DNA of 51,894 nt from Rhodanobacter sp. (GTDB taxonomy: Bacteria > Pseudomonadota > Gammaproteobacteria > Xanthomonadales > Rhodanobacteraceae): contig JAISPQ010000135.1 of assembly GCA_031274955.1 (NCBI GenBank), positions 1-51,894 on the forward strand, given 5' to 3'. A model generated the notes under the pieces. It was not told the origin of the DNA. It made no database searches and saw nothing but the letters and a program-made list of their open reading frames with translations. Position 1 is the first letter of the stretch. Each line of letters starts with the position of its first letter. The position numbers and the translations under genes were made by a program. Positions 1 to 9,964 of the stretch are shown here, one piece after another.

Positions 1-153
1 ATCCACCCCGACACGCGCCGGCTGGTGCAGTTGACCGTGGAAGCCGACGACGGCACCGCCAAAGTGATGGACATGCTGCTGTCGAAGAAACGCGCGGCCG
101 ACCGCCGGGAATGGCTGGAAACCAAGGGCGATCTGGCGTCGCTGGAAGTTTGA
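1..153 (+). CDS. parE: DNA topoisomerase IV subunit B, C-terminal end (partial)
   Basis: Frame 1 reads IHPDTRRLVQLTVEADDGTAKVMDMLLSKKRAADRREWLETKGDLASLEV*, the typical ParE C-terminus; TGA at 151-153. Confidence 0.92.
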   Translation: MHPDTRRLVQLTVEADDGTAKVMDMLLSKKRAADRREWLETKGDLASLEV

Positions 154-159
154 CGAGCC

Positions 160-723
160 CTACGCCGACAGGCCGTGGGCCTGGGCCTTGGCAAGGTCTA
201 CGCCCAGCGCCTTTGCCTGCATCTGCTCGTACAGCTTCTGTGCTGCCTTCATACTGTCCTTGCGCGCATCGATGATCGACTTCTCCTCCATCGACAGGCG
301 CGCTTTGTCCATGTTTCCCAACCGCGCAGGGTGCGATGCCATCGCCTGCCGTGCCTCATCGTAAGGTAACCCGTTCTTCCGATTCTTGGGCAAACTGTAC
401 GCCTCGTTCACAGCCTGGTATCGCTTTGGCTCCGCGACCACTGCCATGTGCTTCTCGATGGCAGTCATCTCGGACAATGCCATTGTCAAGCTCTTTTCCA
501 TTTCACGGCTGTTGGCGTATCGCAATAAATCCCCTTCCGCGATCGCGCGCTCTGTCCCAATGATCGATGACAAATCGCCACCGCGTCCAACCTTACGCAC
601 ATGAGCAAGCAGTTCGTTTCTTGCTTCACGCAATTGTTCCGCTGGAGCCGTTACTTCCAATTCGACGGCGGCGTCCTTTTCCGCCACAAGCAGACGATCC
701 AGATCTCGAAATGAACCACTCAT
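160..723 (-). CDS. Hypothetical protein, 187 aa, helical-looking
   Basis: ORF with protein-like composition; ATGA overlap with the stop of the upstream 93-aa ORF; visibly lower GC than flanks. Confidence 0.8.
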   Translation of the reverse strand: MSGSFRDLDRLLVAEKDAAVELEVTAPAEQLREARNELLAHVRKVGRGGDLSSIIGTERAIAEGDLLRYANSREMEKSLTMALSEMTAIEKHMAVVAEPKRYQAVNEAYSLPKNRKNGLPYDEARQAMASHPARLGNMDKARLSMEEKSIIDARKDSMKAAQKLYEQMQAKALGVDLAKAQAHGLSA

Positions 724-1001
724 TCACGACTCAGCCAATCCGATCCGTACACCGCATCCGCTTTCGTCGTGCGCAGTTCCATGTCGCGGATGAATTGCGC
801 GCCTCTGCGTTTCTTGAGGAACAGCAACGCATCCGCTGCCAACTCGGCAAATTTGAGCCACTCCCATGCGGTGTCTTCGTCCCCCGCCCTGCCGGCGGCC
901 AGAGACTCAAACATATAGATATTATGATCCGTCGCGCCTCTACTGCGTAGTTCGGCGCGTCGGGCATCCGTCATAAAGCTCTTTGGCATCGCGGCGTTCA
1001 T
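720..1001 (-). CDS. Hypothetical protein, 93 aa
   Basis: GAGGT RBS just upstream of the ATG at 1001; stop overlaps the start of the 187-aa ORF. Confidence 0.8.
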   Translation of the reverse strand: MNAAMPKSFMTDARRAELRSRGATDHNIYMFESLAAGRAGDEDTAWEWLKFAELAADALLFLKKRRGAQFIRDMELRTTKADAVYGSDWLSRE

Positions 1002-1107
1002 GGCGTTACCTCATGCTGTGACTGTCCCAAGCGAATCGCCGCTTTCCTGATTCTTATCAGCATACGATGTGGGCGTTGCCTCGGTCGAAGAAACGCCGCC
1101 GGGTTTT

Positions 1108-2367
1108 TCACGCAGCCGCGCTGACGTGGCGGCGAGACCGCTGTTCCGTAGCCATGCCGGCCAGCACGCGCTCGATGCGCGTGAACACTTCGCGCAGTTG
1201 TTCCGGCTGTGGCAGCAGGGTCAGGCGCAGGTAACGGCTGCGCGGCACGTTGAAACTGCTGCCGGGCACCACCAATACCGATTCTTCTTCGAGCAGGCGC
1301 AGCGCGAAGACTTCATCGTCGAAATCGGCGAGGCGGTCGGCGCGCACGCGGGGGAACGCATAGATCGCACCGGCAGGCGCTACGACATCGAGGAACTGAC
1401 TGGCGGCGACGCCTTCCAGAATCGCCCGGCGCGCCTCGTACAGACGGCCGCCCGGAGCGGTCAGCGCGGTGATGGTCGGCGCGCTTTGCAACGCGGGGCA
1501 CACCGCCCATTGCGCGGTCATGTTTGCGCACAGACGCAGCGCGGCCAAGAGTTGCAGGGCATCGCGGTAATCCGCGGTACGCGATGGTTCGCCGGAAAGG
1601 CTCATCCAGCCCACCCGATAGCCACAGGCGCGATGCACCTTGCTCAGTCCGCCGAAGCTGATGCAGGGCCAGTTGCCGGCGATGGCGGCCAACGGCTGGA
1701 AGGCCGCACCATCGTAAAGGATTTCGTCGTAGATCTCGTCGCACAGCAGCAGCAGACGATGCCGCTCGGCGATGGCGACGATGCGTTCCAACCGTTCGCG
1801 CGGATAGACGGCGCCGGTGGGATTGTTCGGATTGATGAGTACCAGCGCACGCGTGCGCGGCGTGATCAGCGATTCGATCTCGTCCGGATCGGGTTGGTGA
1901 TCGTGCTCGGCCAGGCAACGGTAGTAACGCGGCTTGCCGCCGTTGAGAATGGTGGCTGCGCTCCACAACGGATAATCGGGGCTGGGCAGCAGTACCTCGT
2001 CGCCCTGTTGCAGCAGGGCGCGCAAGCTCAGGTCGATCAGTTCGCTGACGCCGTTACCGATGAAGACACGCTCCACCTCCACATGACGCGCGCCGCGCAG
2101 GCGCTGCTGCTCGACGATGGCCTCGCGGGCTTCTTCCAGCCCCTGTTCGTGTCCGTAGGCTTCGCTGTCGCGCAGATGCCGGGCGATCGCTTCGCGCATA
2201 TGGGGCGGCGTATCGAAGCCATAACGGCCCGGATTGCCGATGTTCAGCTTGGTGATGGGCTGTCCGGCCGCTTCCAGCTCACGCGAGCGGCGAGCGAGCG
2301 CACCACGGATTTCATAGCGCACATCCGCCAGGTGCGCACTGGGTCTGATCGAAACCAACGCAGGCAT
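1108..2367 (-). CDS. alaA: PLP-dependent class I/II aminotransferase (AlaA/YfbQ-like)
   Basis: VRYEIRG, KLNIGNP, GNGVSELI, INPNNPTG, DEIYD and GLSK...GYRVGW motifs. Confidence 0.88.
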   Translation of the reverse strand: MPALVSIRPSAHLADVRYEIRGALARRSRELEAAGQPITKLNIGNPGRYGFDTPPHMREAIARHLRDSEAYGHEQGLEEAREAIVEQQRLRGARHVEVERVFIGNGVSELIDLSLRALLQQGDEVLLPSPDYPLWSAATILNGGKPRYYRCLAEHDHQPDPDEIESLITPRTRALVLINPNNPTGAVYPRERLERIVAIAERHRLLLLCDEIYDEILYDGAAFQPLAAIAGNWPCISFGGLSKVHRACGYRVGWMSLSGEPSRTADYRDALQLLAALRLCANMTAQWAVCPALQSAPTITALTAPGGRLYEARRAILEGVAASQFLDVVAPAGAIYAFPRVRADRLADFDDEVFALRLLEEESVLVVPGSSFNVPRSRYLRLTLLPQPEQLREVFTRIERVLAGMATEQRSRRHVSAAA

Positions 2368-2557
2368 CCTTCATCATTGATGGAACGGGGCCGGCGCCAA
2401 GCGCCGGGGGAGTCTAATGCTAGCGGAAAGTGAGCCCCGTGGGGCAAAACCCAGGGCGGAACGACATTTGTTGAGTATCCCCGACTATCGAAAGAACCAT
2501 CGAACCCACTGTCGAGGGTACGCACGGCAGGCCGCTGGATGCGGATGTTCAGCGATT

Positions 2558-3457
2558 TCAACGCGGTGCGCGGTGTGTGCCGAGCCAAACGCCGAGCGCC
2601 ACCAACACGAAACCGGGCAGCATCGGCAGCGACAGATGTTCGCCCAGAACGAAGAATCCCATCAGCGCGGTGACCGGCGGTACCAGATAGAACAACGCAG
2701 CGACTTCCGTGGCCGCGCCCCGGCGCAACAGCGCGAACAGGAGCGCGAAGCCGCCGACGGCGTTCACCAGCACACCCCAGGTGACCGCGCCGACATACGC
2801 CGGGCTTCCATCCATGCGGAAATGCTCGACAAATCCCGCCAGCGGAAGCATCGCCAATGCCGCCGCTGCGTGTTGCGTGGCAAGGCCGATGCGCAGATCG
2901 ATCTGCGCGGAATGGCGTTTCTGGTAGAGCGTGCCCAGGCTCAAACCCAATAGACCGATGAAGCTGGCGAGATAGCCGTATGCGCTGGCATGACCGCCGT
3001 CCAGGCGTCCTTCCACCACGAGCGCGACGCCGGCGAATCCAAGCACGAAGCCGACCCATTGCCACCGACCCATACGTTCGCCGAACGCGATGCCCAGTAC
3101 CCCCGTGGCCAGGGGCATTGCGCCAATGAACAAGGCGGAGACGCCGGTTGAAACGCCCAGCCGCAAGCCTTCGTAGACGCCCGCGAACGACAGCGCCAGC
3201 GAAAGCAATCCGACCACGGCGCTGTGTCCCAGTGCGCGCCCATGTGGGCGCGCAGCGCGCACGATCAAGGCTAACGCCGCGTAGATCACGGCCGCAAAGC
3301 TGAAACGCAACAACAAGACCGTGAGGGGCGCGCCGTGCTGCAAGGCGATTTTTCCGGCCGGATATCCCGTACACCACACCACCACGAACACACCCGCCAT
3401 AAGCCGGCCTTGCAGCCGCGACGACAAAACGTTGGAACGGTCGGTGTGTGGCATCAA
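2558..3457 (-). CDS. DMT/EamA family transporter
   Basis: About 10 hydrophobic segments; WCTGY...P...LLRF N-terminal pattern and LFYLVPP...GE C-terminal pattern; exact start uncertain. Confidence 0.88.
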   Translation of the reverse strand: MMPHTDRSNVLSSRLQGRLMAGVFVVVWCTGYPAGKIALQHGAPLTVLLLRFSFAAVIYAALALIVRAARPHGRALGHSAVVGLLSLALSFAGVYEGLRLGVSTGVSALFIGAMPLATGVLGIAFGERMGRWQWVGFVLGFAGVALVVEGRLDGGHASAYGYLASFIGLLGLSLGTLYQKRHSAQIDLRIGLATQHAAAALAMLPLAGFVEHFRMDGSPAYVGAVTWGVLVNAVGGFALLFALLRRGAATEVAALFYLVPPVTALMGFFVLGEHLSLPMLPGFVLVALGVWLGTHRAPR

Positions 3458-3507
3458 TACACGTCAATGAAGGAGGCAAGACAGCGTAAAAATTTCATCG
3501 TGCCGGA

Positions 3508-4539
3508 TCAACCAGCCGCGCGTCCGCACGATTCTCCGCGCCGCGCGGCCAGCGCCTGTTCGACGACCTCCCATCCGGCGCCCGCACGCTGCGCCTGTTC
3601 GCTGAGCACGCGCCGGAACGCGCGCGCGCGCGGCAAGCCTTGATACAGACCCAGGATATGCCGCGTGATGTGGTGCAGGCGTCCGCCGTGCGCGAGGTGG
3701 TCCTCCACATACCGGCGCAGCGCCATCAGCACGTCATCGCGATCCGGCAGCGGCGTGCCGGTGAGGGCATGTTCGATCTGTGCGAGGCGATACGGCTCAT
3801 GATACGCCGCACGGCCGAGCATCACGCCATCGACATGGCGCACATGCTCATGCACCTCATCGACCGTGACGATGCCGCCATTGATGAGGATGGTCAGATA
3901 CGGATGTTCGCGCTTGAGCCGATACACACGTGCGTAGTTCAGTGGCGGAATTTCGCGGTTTTCCTTCGGCGACAGGCCCTGTAACCACGCCTTGCGCGCA
4001 TGCACGATGAACACTTGGCAGCCGCCCGCATGCACGCTGTCGATGAACGCATCAAGACCGGCATCCTCGTCCTGCTCGTCAACGCCGATGCGGCACTTCA
4101 CGCTGACGCGCGCGGCAGTATGCGCGACCGCACCGCGCATCGCGGCGACGCACGCGCGCACCCGTGCCGGTTCGCGCATCAAACAAGCGCCGAAGCGCCC
4201 CGACTGCACGCGGTCGGAAGGACACCCCACATTGAGATTGATTTCGTCGTAACCGGCCTCGGCGCCGATACGCGCCGCACGCGCAAGATCGTCCGGCTCG
4301 GCGCCGCCCAGTTGCAAGGCCAGCGGATGCTCGGCCGGATCAAAGCCCAGTAAACGCGTGCGATCGCCGTGAATCACCGCCTGCGCGACGACCATCTCGG
4401 TATACAACCGCGCATGCGGCGCAAGCAGACGATGGAAGTAACGGCAGTGACGATCCGTCCAGTCCAGCATCGGCGCGACGCACAAGCGCCACGGCGCGCG
4501 CGCGGCGGTGGATGGCTGGATGGAATCGGTTATGTTCAT
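3508..4539 (-). CDS. dusA: tRNA dihydrouridine(20/20a) synthase DusA
   Basis: VAPMLDWTDRHCRYF, LYTEM, INLNVGCPSDRVQSGRFGACLM, HARKAWLQGLSPKENR; start overlaps the recD stop. Confidence 0.96.
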   Translation of the reverse strand: MNITDSIQPSTAARAPWRLCVAPMLDWTDRHCRYFHRLLAPHARLYTEMVVAQAVIHGDRTRLLGFDPAEHPLALQLGGAEPDDLARAARIGAEAGYDEINLNVGCPSDRVQSGRFGACLMREPARVRACVAAMRGAVAHTAARVSVKCRIGVDEQDEDAGLDAFIDSVHAGGCQVFIVHARKAWLQGLSPKENREIPPLNYARVYRLKREHPYLTILINGGIVTVDEVHEHVRHVDGVMLGRAAYHEPYRLAQIEHALTGTPLPDRDDVLMALRRYVEDHLAHGGRLHHITRHILGLYQGLPRARAFRRVLSEQAQRAGAGWEVVEQALAARRGESCGRAAG

Positions 4540-6395
4540 GCGCGGCTTTCACCTCGACTCCCATCACAAAGCCGCGCTATCAACCCACCCGCGCGGCGGA
4601 TCGGCCGTTCCAGCGCGGCGCGCAGCGCGGCATCGCTGGCCCACAGTTCCACATCCTGCCGCGAACGCGACAGGCCGGTGTAGAGCAACGGACGCGACAG
4701 CACCCGGTTCGTCGCCTCGGGCGGCAACAGCACCGCGGTGCGTGCGTATTCCGATCCCTGGCTCTTGTGGATCGTGATCGCGAAGGCGCCCTCGTGCGGC
4801 GGCAACATCGCCGGCGCAAAGCCGTGCGCGGCGATGCGGCCATCCGCGCGCATCGTCGCAAACCATACCTGCAACACACCGGACGCATCCGCCAGCGCGA
4901 TGCCCACGTCGCCGTTGAACAACCGCGAAGCAGGATCGTTGCGCGTGATGATGACGGCGCGGCCCGCATACCAGACCGTTTCCGGCGCGATGTGCCAGAG
5001 GCGCTTGAGTTCGCGCTCGATCAACGCATCGACCGCGAGTGCGCCGAACGCCTCTTCACGCAGGGCACAGAGCAGTTGCCGCTGCGCCAGCGTCCGCAAG
5101 GCCTGCAACGCAAGCGCGCTGCGCGCGTGCTCGGCATCGCTCCGCGCGAGCGTTTCTCCATCCGGGGTGGCGGCCTGCGCAGGCAGCAGCGGGCGCAGAT
5201 CCAGCCGCGCGATGTCGCCGGCCCAACGCAGCACGTGCTCGCGCAAGCGTGCGGGCGTATCCACGCGCCGCCACACGGCATGCGCGGGCGCAGCGGCGAA
5301 CGCATCCGCCAGCACGCGCGCATCACCGGTGTGCACGGCGCGATGGATCGGCACGAGTTGCCGTTGCGCGCGAAAATCATGATCGAGGCGCACCCATTCC
5401 GGTGCGCCCTCGCGCTCGAACGCAGCGACGATATCCATCAACACCGAGCCGGTGGCGACCGAGGTCAGTTGGTCCGCATCGCCGACGAGGATCAGCGCCG
5501 CATCCAGCGGCGTGGCGTCCAGCAACGCGCGCAACATGCCCAGGTCGATCATCGAGGCCTCATCGACGACGACCACATCCGCCGCCAGCGGATAGCATCC
5601 GCCGCGCCTGAACACGTTGCGGTAGGGATCGAAATCCAGCAGACGATGCACAGTCGCCGCGTCAGTGTCGGGAATGCGTGCGAGCAGCACCTGCCATGCC
5701 GGCGCAACCAGTGCGTCGGCGGCCAGTCTCTCTTTGCCTTCGCGCAGCGACTGCACGAGCCGCTGCGCGGCCTTGGCCGTCGGCGCCGCGACGCGGATCG
5801 TCAATGCGCGCGCACTGTGCCGTTGCAGCATCAACAGCATGCGCAGCACGGTCGTGGTCTTGCCGGTGCCGGGGCCGCCGGTCAACACAAACAGACGACG
5901 CCCGAGCACGCCGGCGACGGCCTCGCGCTGACGCGCCACGGCCTGCGCATCACTCCCGGCGAACAGCACGTCGAGATCGTCGCGCCATGACGTGCTCGGG
6001 TTTGGTAACGCCGCCGCGCGGCGCGCACGGATCATCTGCGCGACGGCGACTTCATCGGCATGATGACGCCAGAGTGCGAAACGGCCGTCAGCATCGAGCA
6101 CGAAGGGCGTGACCACGCTGCCATCGCCGACCAACGACTCGCGCCGCAAAGCGTCGAGCATGGCGGCGGACAGCGGCGGCATGCCGTGCCGTCCGGCCTC
6201 CTCGCCGCGCAACGGCAGCGCGGCATCGCCCATGCCATCGGCGAAGCTCGCCCACGCGGCGACGTTCGCGAGCAAGGACGAGCCGCCATGCACGCGTACC
6301 CAGTGCGCGAGTGCGTGATCGAGCGCACGCCATATCGCGGGCGCAGCGGGCTCTGCTTTGCGCTCGGACGAATATAAACTCACGGGCGCCTTCAT
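4536..6395 (-). CDS. recD: Exodeoxyribonuclease V alpha subunit
   Basis: TGGPGTGKTTT, AAPTAKAA, VVDEASMID, LVGDADQL, FAITIHKSQGSEY; start set at the ATG at 6395 overlapping the recB stop, not the ORF-track start at 6971. Confidence 0.94.
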   Translation of the reverse strand: MKAPVSLYSSERKAEPAAPAIWRALDHALAHWVRVHGGSSLLANVAAWASFADGMGDAALPLRGEEAGRHGMPPLSAAMLDALRRESLVGDGSVVTPFVLDADGRFALWRHHADEVAVAQMIRARRAAALPNPSTSWRDDLDVLFAGSDAQAVARQREAVAGVLGRRLFVLTGGPGTGKTTTVLRMLLMLQRHSARALTIRVAAPTAKAAQRLVQSLREGKERLAADALVAPAWQVLLARIPDTDAATVHRLLDFDPYRNVFRRGGCYPLAADVVVVDEASMIDLGMLRALLDATPLDAALILVGDADQLTSVATGSVLMDIVAAFEREGAPEWVRLDHDFRAQRQLVPIHRAVHTGDARVLADAFAAAPAHAVWRRVDTPARLREHVLRWAGDIARLDLRPLLPAQAATPDGETLARSDAEHARSALALQALRTLAQRQLLCALREEAFGALAVDALIERELKRLWHIAPETVWYAGRAVIITRNDPASRLFNGDVGIALADASGVLQVWFATMRADGRIAAHGFAPAMLPPHEGAFAITIHKSQGSEYARTAVLLPPEATNRVLSRPLLYTGLSRSRQDVELWASDAALRAALERPIRRAGGLIARLCDGSRGESRA

Positions 6396-9300
6396 GCGGC
6401 CAACTCCGGTGAATCCGCGCCCAACACACGATCGACCGCCGCGATCAGACCATCGGAAAAACGATGCCGCCAGATGCCCGCGCCCGGCGCGAGACCGGCG
6501 GCGCGCAGGAACAGATAAAACACCTCGCCCAGATGCGCGCCTGTCTGATAGCCGCTGATGCGCTGGCGCAGATAACGATCGACGGCGACGCTGTAAAGCA
6601 ACGCCTGAAAACGATAGTGATGCGCATCCATCACCGCGCGCAGCGCCGCCGATTCGTAATCCGCCAGCGCATCGCCGAGGTGATTGCTCTTGTAGTCGAG
6701 CACATGGAAACGGTCCTCGTGCTCGACTACGAGGTCGATCTTGCCGGTCATGAAACCGCGCAGGGTGGGCATGGCGATGTTCGATGGCACCAGATCGGGC
6801 TCCCCATGCCGCGCGCAGGCATCGCGCAGCCGCGCGACGGATACCGCGTCCAGCACATAGTGAAAAGCCATCTCGGCACGTTGCCGCTGCGCCGGAAGCG
6901 CATCCAATCGCAACTTGGGCGCGAGTTCCGTGGCCAATGCCATATCCAGCCGTGCGGCGATCTTCGCGCACATCGCCGCGGGCGCGGCCTCGCCCAGCCG
7001 TACGCCGGCGGCGCGCAGCGCGCGTTCGATCAAGTCCGTCTGACGCTGCAGCGGCTCGCCGATCACACGTTCTTCCAACACCACATGCAGCGCGTTGCCG
7101 AACTCGGTGCCGCGCAAAACGCCGAGCGCGACGATCTCCGCATGCGGCACGTGCTCACCGGCATCCGCACCCTGGGCGTCTGGCCTCTCCACGGCGCCCG
7201 CCTCTTCATCATCGGCCGCCGCCTCCTCACGCGAGGCGCCGCGCGGCGTTCGCGTCAGGCTCGAAAAACTGTACAGACTCTCGACAGGCGCACGCGCAGG
7301 TTCTTCACGTATCTGCGGCGCGCCCTCGTCGCGCGTCGATGGCGCGTGGTAGTCGATGCACGGCCACGGCCATTCATCCTCGGACCAGACGGCGTGCTCG
7401 AACCACTGCGCGAGCGGAACGTCCTGCTTGCCGGCACGCCGCATGATGCGCTCGACCATCACATCCAGCGGCGCACGCTCAGGATCGCCCAACGGACCCT
7501 TCGCTCCCTTTTGGGCCAAACGATCCGGCATCAGCACATACACATGGCAGGCGTGGATCGCACGCGTGAGCGCCACATACAGGACGCGGAAACGTTCGTC
7601 CTGGCCTTCGTGCGCGTACTGCGTCTTTGCCGACGCACCGAAACCGAGCACGCGCCGATCGCATAGCGGTTCGTGGATCACCAGTTGCGTGTCCTGCGTG
7701 TTGGACCGGTGCGCCCACATCAACGGCAGGAACACCAGCGGAAACTCCAGCCCCTTGCTCGCATGCAGTGTCATCAGACGCACGCGCCGCGCGTCCGATT
7801 CGATGCGCAACTGCCGCTCGTCCGATTCGGCGGCATCCTCGGGCGCGTCCGTGCATTCCGCAGCGAGCCAGGCGAGCAGCCGTTCCGCGCCGTGCAGTTG
7901 TTCGCTGCGTTCCTGGACCAGTTCACCGAGGTGACGCAGATCGGTGAGCATGCGTTCGCGCTCGGCAAGGTCGGCCATCTGCCGTGCGGCGGCGTCGGCG
8001 AAGCCGAGCACGACCGCGAGCACGCCGTCGCGCTGCCACGTGCGCCGCGCCTGCTCGAAACGCCGCAGCTGCGGCAACCATGCTTCCGTATCGTCGCGCA
8101 TGGCGCGCAGCGCGGCGAAATCCATCCCGCCCAGGCGCGTGGCCAGCGCGGCGCACACCGCGCCCGCATCGTCCGCATGCTCGACCGCATACAGCACCAC
8201 ACGCAACTCGCGCGCCCATGGCGTGTGCAGGACACTGCTCCTGCCGGAACCCGCGCACGGTACCCGCCGCTCGCGCAACAAACGGCGCAACTGCGCGACA
8301 TCGCCATTGTTGGGCAACAGCACGGCGATATCGCCGGGTTCCAGCGGCTTGTCGCCGATGCGGTACTCGCCTTCTTGCAACCGTTGCGCGATCTGGTTGG
8401 CACAGGCAGTGAGCGCCAGCGTGCGGCGCTCGCCCGCCGCGGCAGGAATATCGCGGCGGATGTGCAGGGTCAGTGCGGGCGCGACTTGTCCATCCGCGCG
8501 GCGATACGGTTTGTCATCGACGCGGCCGCTCGCGTTCACGGCGTGATAGCGGATCGCCTGATCGTCGCCGCTGCCCAGCGCATCGCCCGCGCGCGCGTAC
8601 AGTTCGTTGAGCGCGGCGACATAGGCACGCGACGAACGCCGGTTGGTATCCAGTGCGAGGTGCGCATCGGCGGTGCGCGCGGCGGCGAGATAGGTATCGA
8701 TATCGCCGCCACGGAAGCGATAGATCGCCTGCTTGGGATCGCCGATCAGCACCAAAGCGCCGCGTGGCGTGCCACCGGCATCGCGATGGATGCGATTGAG
8801 TATGCCGTATTGCAGCGCGTCGGTATCCTGAAACTCATCGACCAGCGCAACCGGCCACTGCGCGGACAGGCGCTCGGCCAGAGCCTGCGCGCATGGCGCG
8901 GTCAAGGCCTCGTGCGCGCGCACGATCAATTCGTCGAACGTGAGTTCGCCGCGCGCGCTCAGGCGTTGCCCGCGCCATGCGCGCACGCGCTGCGTCCATG
9001 CCTGCCACGCGCGGATTTCGTCCGCGTGTTCGAGATAACCCAGTAGGCACAGCGCGTCGTCGATGATGAAGCGCGCCGCATCGCGCGCCGTATCATCGTC
9101 GTGCTGCGCGAGCAAGTCGGCGGCCTCGCGCAAAGCACGCGTGTCGATGGTCTGGCGGTCGCGCAGATAGGCCGCCAATGCGCGTAACGCAGCCGGCGCG
9201 CTGGTCTTGGTCTTCCAGATATGCTTGTCCGCGGCCAGCGCTTCGAGTTGTGCTGCGCGCGACGCCGGCAGACGACGCTCCACATCCGCCGCCTCGGGCA

Positions 9301-9964
9301 GCCACAGATCGACGCCCGGCCGCAGACAGAGCGCGAGGGTCTTCCGCAAGGCAGCGAGCGTTTTGGGTGCATACCGCGCGTGCTCGTCCGGCGCGCTTTG
9401 CAGGCATCGCCACAGATCGCGCGAGAGTTCGTCGAGCAGGCGTTCGGTGGAGACCATCTCACCCACATCGAACGCGCGGCCGCTTTCGAACGGATGCTCT
9501 TTGAGGATGCGCTGACACAGGCCATGCAGCGTGGTGATCGGCGCGAGATCGAAATCGGCCAACGCCGCACGCAGACGCTGGCGATCGTTGCGCGCGCTTA
9601 CGGGATCGTCGTGCCAACGCCGCCACAGCCACGCGCGGACGCCCTCCTCTGCCGCATCGTCCGGCAGCGCACCGCCGCTGTGTGCAACCCTGTGCGCGGC
9701 CTGCTCGGCTTCGGCCAGGCGCGCACGCAAACGCGCACACAGTTCCTGCGCGGCGGCTTTGGTGAATGTGGTGACGACGATCTGGCGCGGCGTCAGCGGT
9801 GCGGCATTCGCCGCCTGCGGTTCCAGCACGAGGCGCAGATACAGCGCGGCGATCGTCCAGGTCTTGCCGGTACCCGCGCTGGCCTGGATCAGGCTGCGGC
9901 TACCCGTGGTCAGCGGCAGCTGCGTCCAGTCGGCGATCGTGCGTGGCGCGCATGCGTCACTCAT
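6392..9964 (-). CDS. recB: Exodeoxyribonuclease V beta subunit
   Basis: ASAGTGKT, TFTKAAAQEL, VDEFQDTD, IGDPKQAIYRFRGGD, TLHASKGLEFP and nuclease motif GKIDL...DYKSN. Confidence 0.95.
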   Translation of the reverse strand: MSDACAPRTIADWTQLPLTTGSRSLIQASAGTGKTWTIAALYLRLVLEPQAANAAPLTPRQIVVTTFTKAAAQELCARLRARLAEAEQAAHRVAHSGGALPDDAAEEGVRAWLWRRWHDDPVSARNDRQRLRAALADFDLAPITTLHGLCQRILKEHPFESGRAFDVGEMVSTERLLDELSRDLWRCLQSAPDEHARYAPKTLAALRKTLALCLRPGVDLWLPEAADVERRLPASRAAQLEALAADKHIWKTKTSAPAALRALAAYLRDRQTIDTRALREAADLLAQHDDDTARDAARFIIDDALCLLGYLEHADEIRAWQAWTQRVRAWRGQRLSARGELTFDELIVRAHEALTAPCAQALAERLSAQWPVALVDEFQDTDALQYGILNRIHRDAGGTPRGALVLIGDPKQAIYRFRGGDIDTYLAAARTADAHLALDTNRRSSRAYVAALNELYARAGDALGSGDDQAIRYHAVNASGRVDDKPYRRADGQVAPALTLHIRRDIPAAAGERRTLALTACANQIAQRLQEGEYRIGDKPLEPGDIAVLLPNNGDVAQLRRLLRERRVPCAGSGRSSVLHTPWARELRVVLYAVEHADDAGAVCAALATRLGGMDFAALRAMRDDTEAWLPQLRRFEQARRTWQRDGVLAVVLGFADAAARQMADLAERERMLTDLRHLGELVQERSEQLHGAERLLAWLAAECTDAPEDAAESDERQLRIESDARRVRLMTLHASKGLEFPLVFLPLMWAHRSNTQDTQLVIHEPLCDRRVLGFGASAKTQYAHEGQDERFRVLYVALTRAIHACHVYVLMPDRLAQKGAKGPLGDPERAPLDVMVERIMRRAGKQDVPLAQWFEHAVWSEDEWPWPCIDYHAPSTRDEGAPQIREEPARAPVESLYSFSSLTRTPRGASREEAAADDEEAGAVERPDAQGADAGEHVPHAEIVALGVLRGTEFGNALHVVLEERVIGEPLQRQTDLIERALRAAGVRLGEAAPAAMCAKIAARLDMALATELAPKLRLDALPAQRQRAEMAFHYVLDAVSVARLRDACARHGEPDLVPSNIAMPTLRGFMTGKIDLVVEHEDRFHVLDYKSNHLGDALADYESAALRAVMDAHHYRFQALLYSVAVDRYLRQRISGYQTGAHLGEVFYLFLRAAGLAPGAGIWRHRFSDGLIAAVDRVLGADSPELAA

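Noticed and set aside
2368-2557. Possible riboswitch or leader upstream of the aminotransferase
   Set aside because: Only short GC hairpins; no aptamer consensus that I can recognise
4400-4560. dusA 5' end as an island integration site
   Set aside because: dusA-associated integrases are known, but there is no integrase or duplicated dusA fragment here; the site appears empty
6396-6971. N-terminal extension of the 811-aa RecD ORF
   Set aside because: Lies inside recB in another frame; the ATG at 6395 overlapping the recB stop is the plausible start
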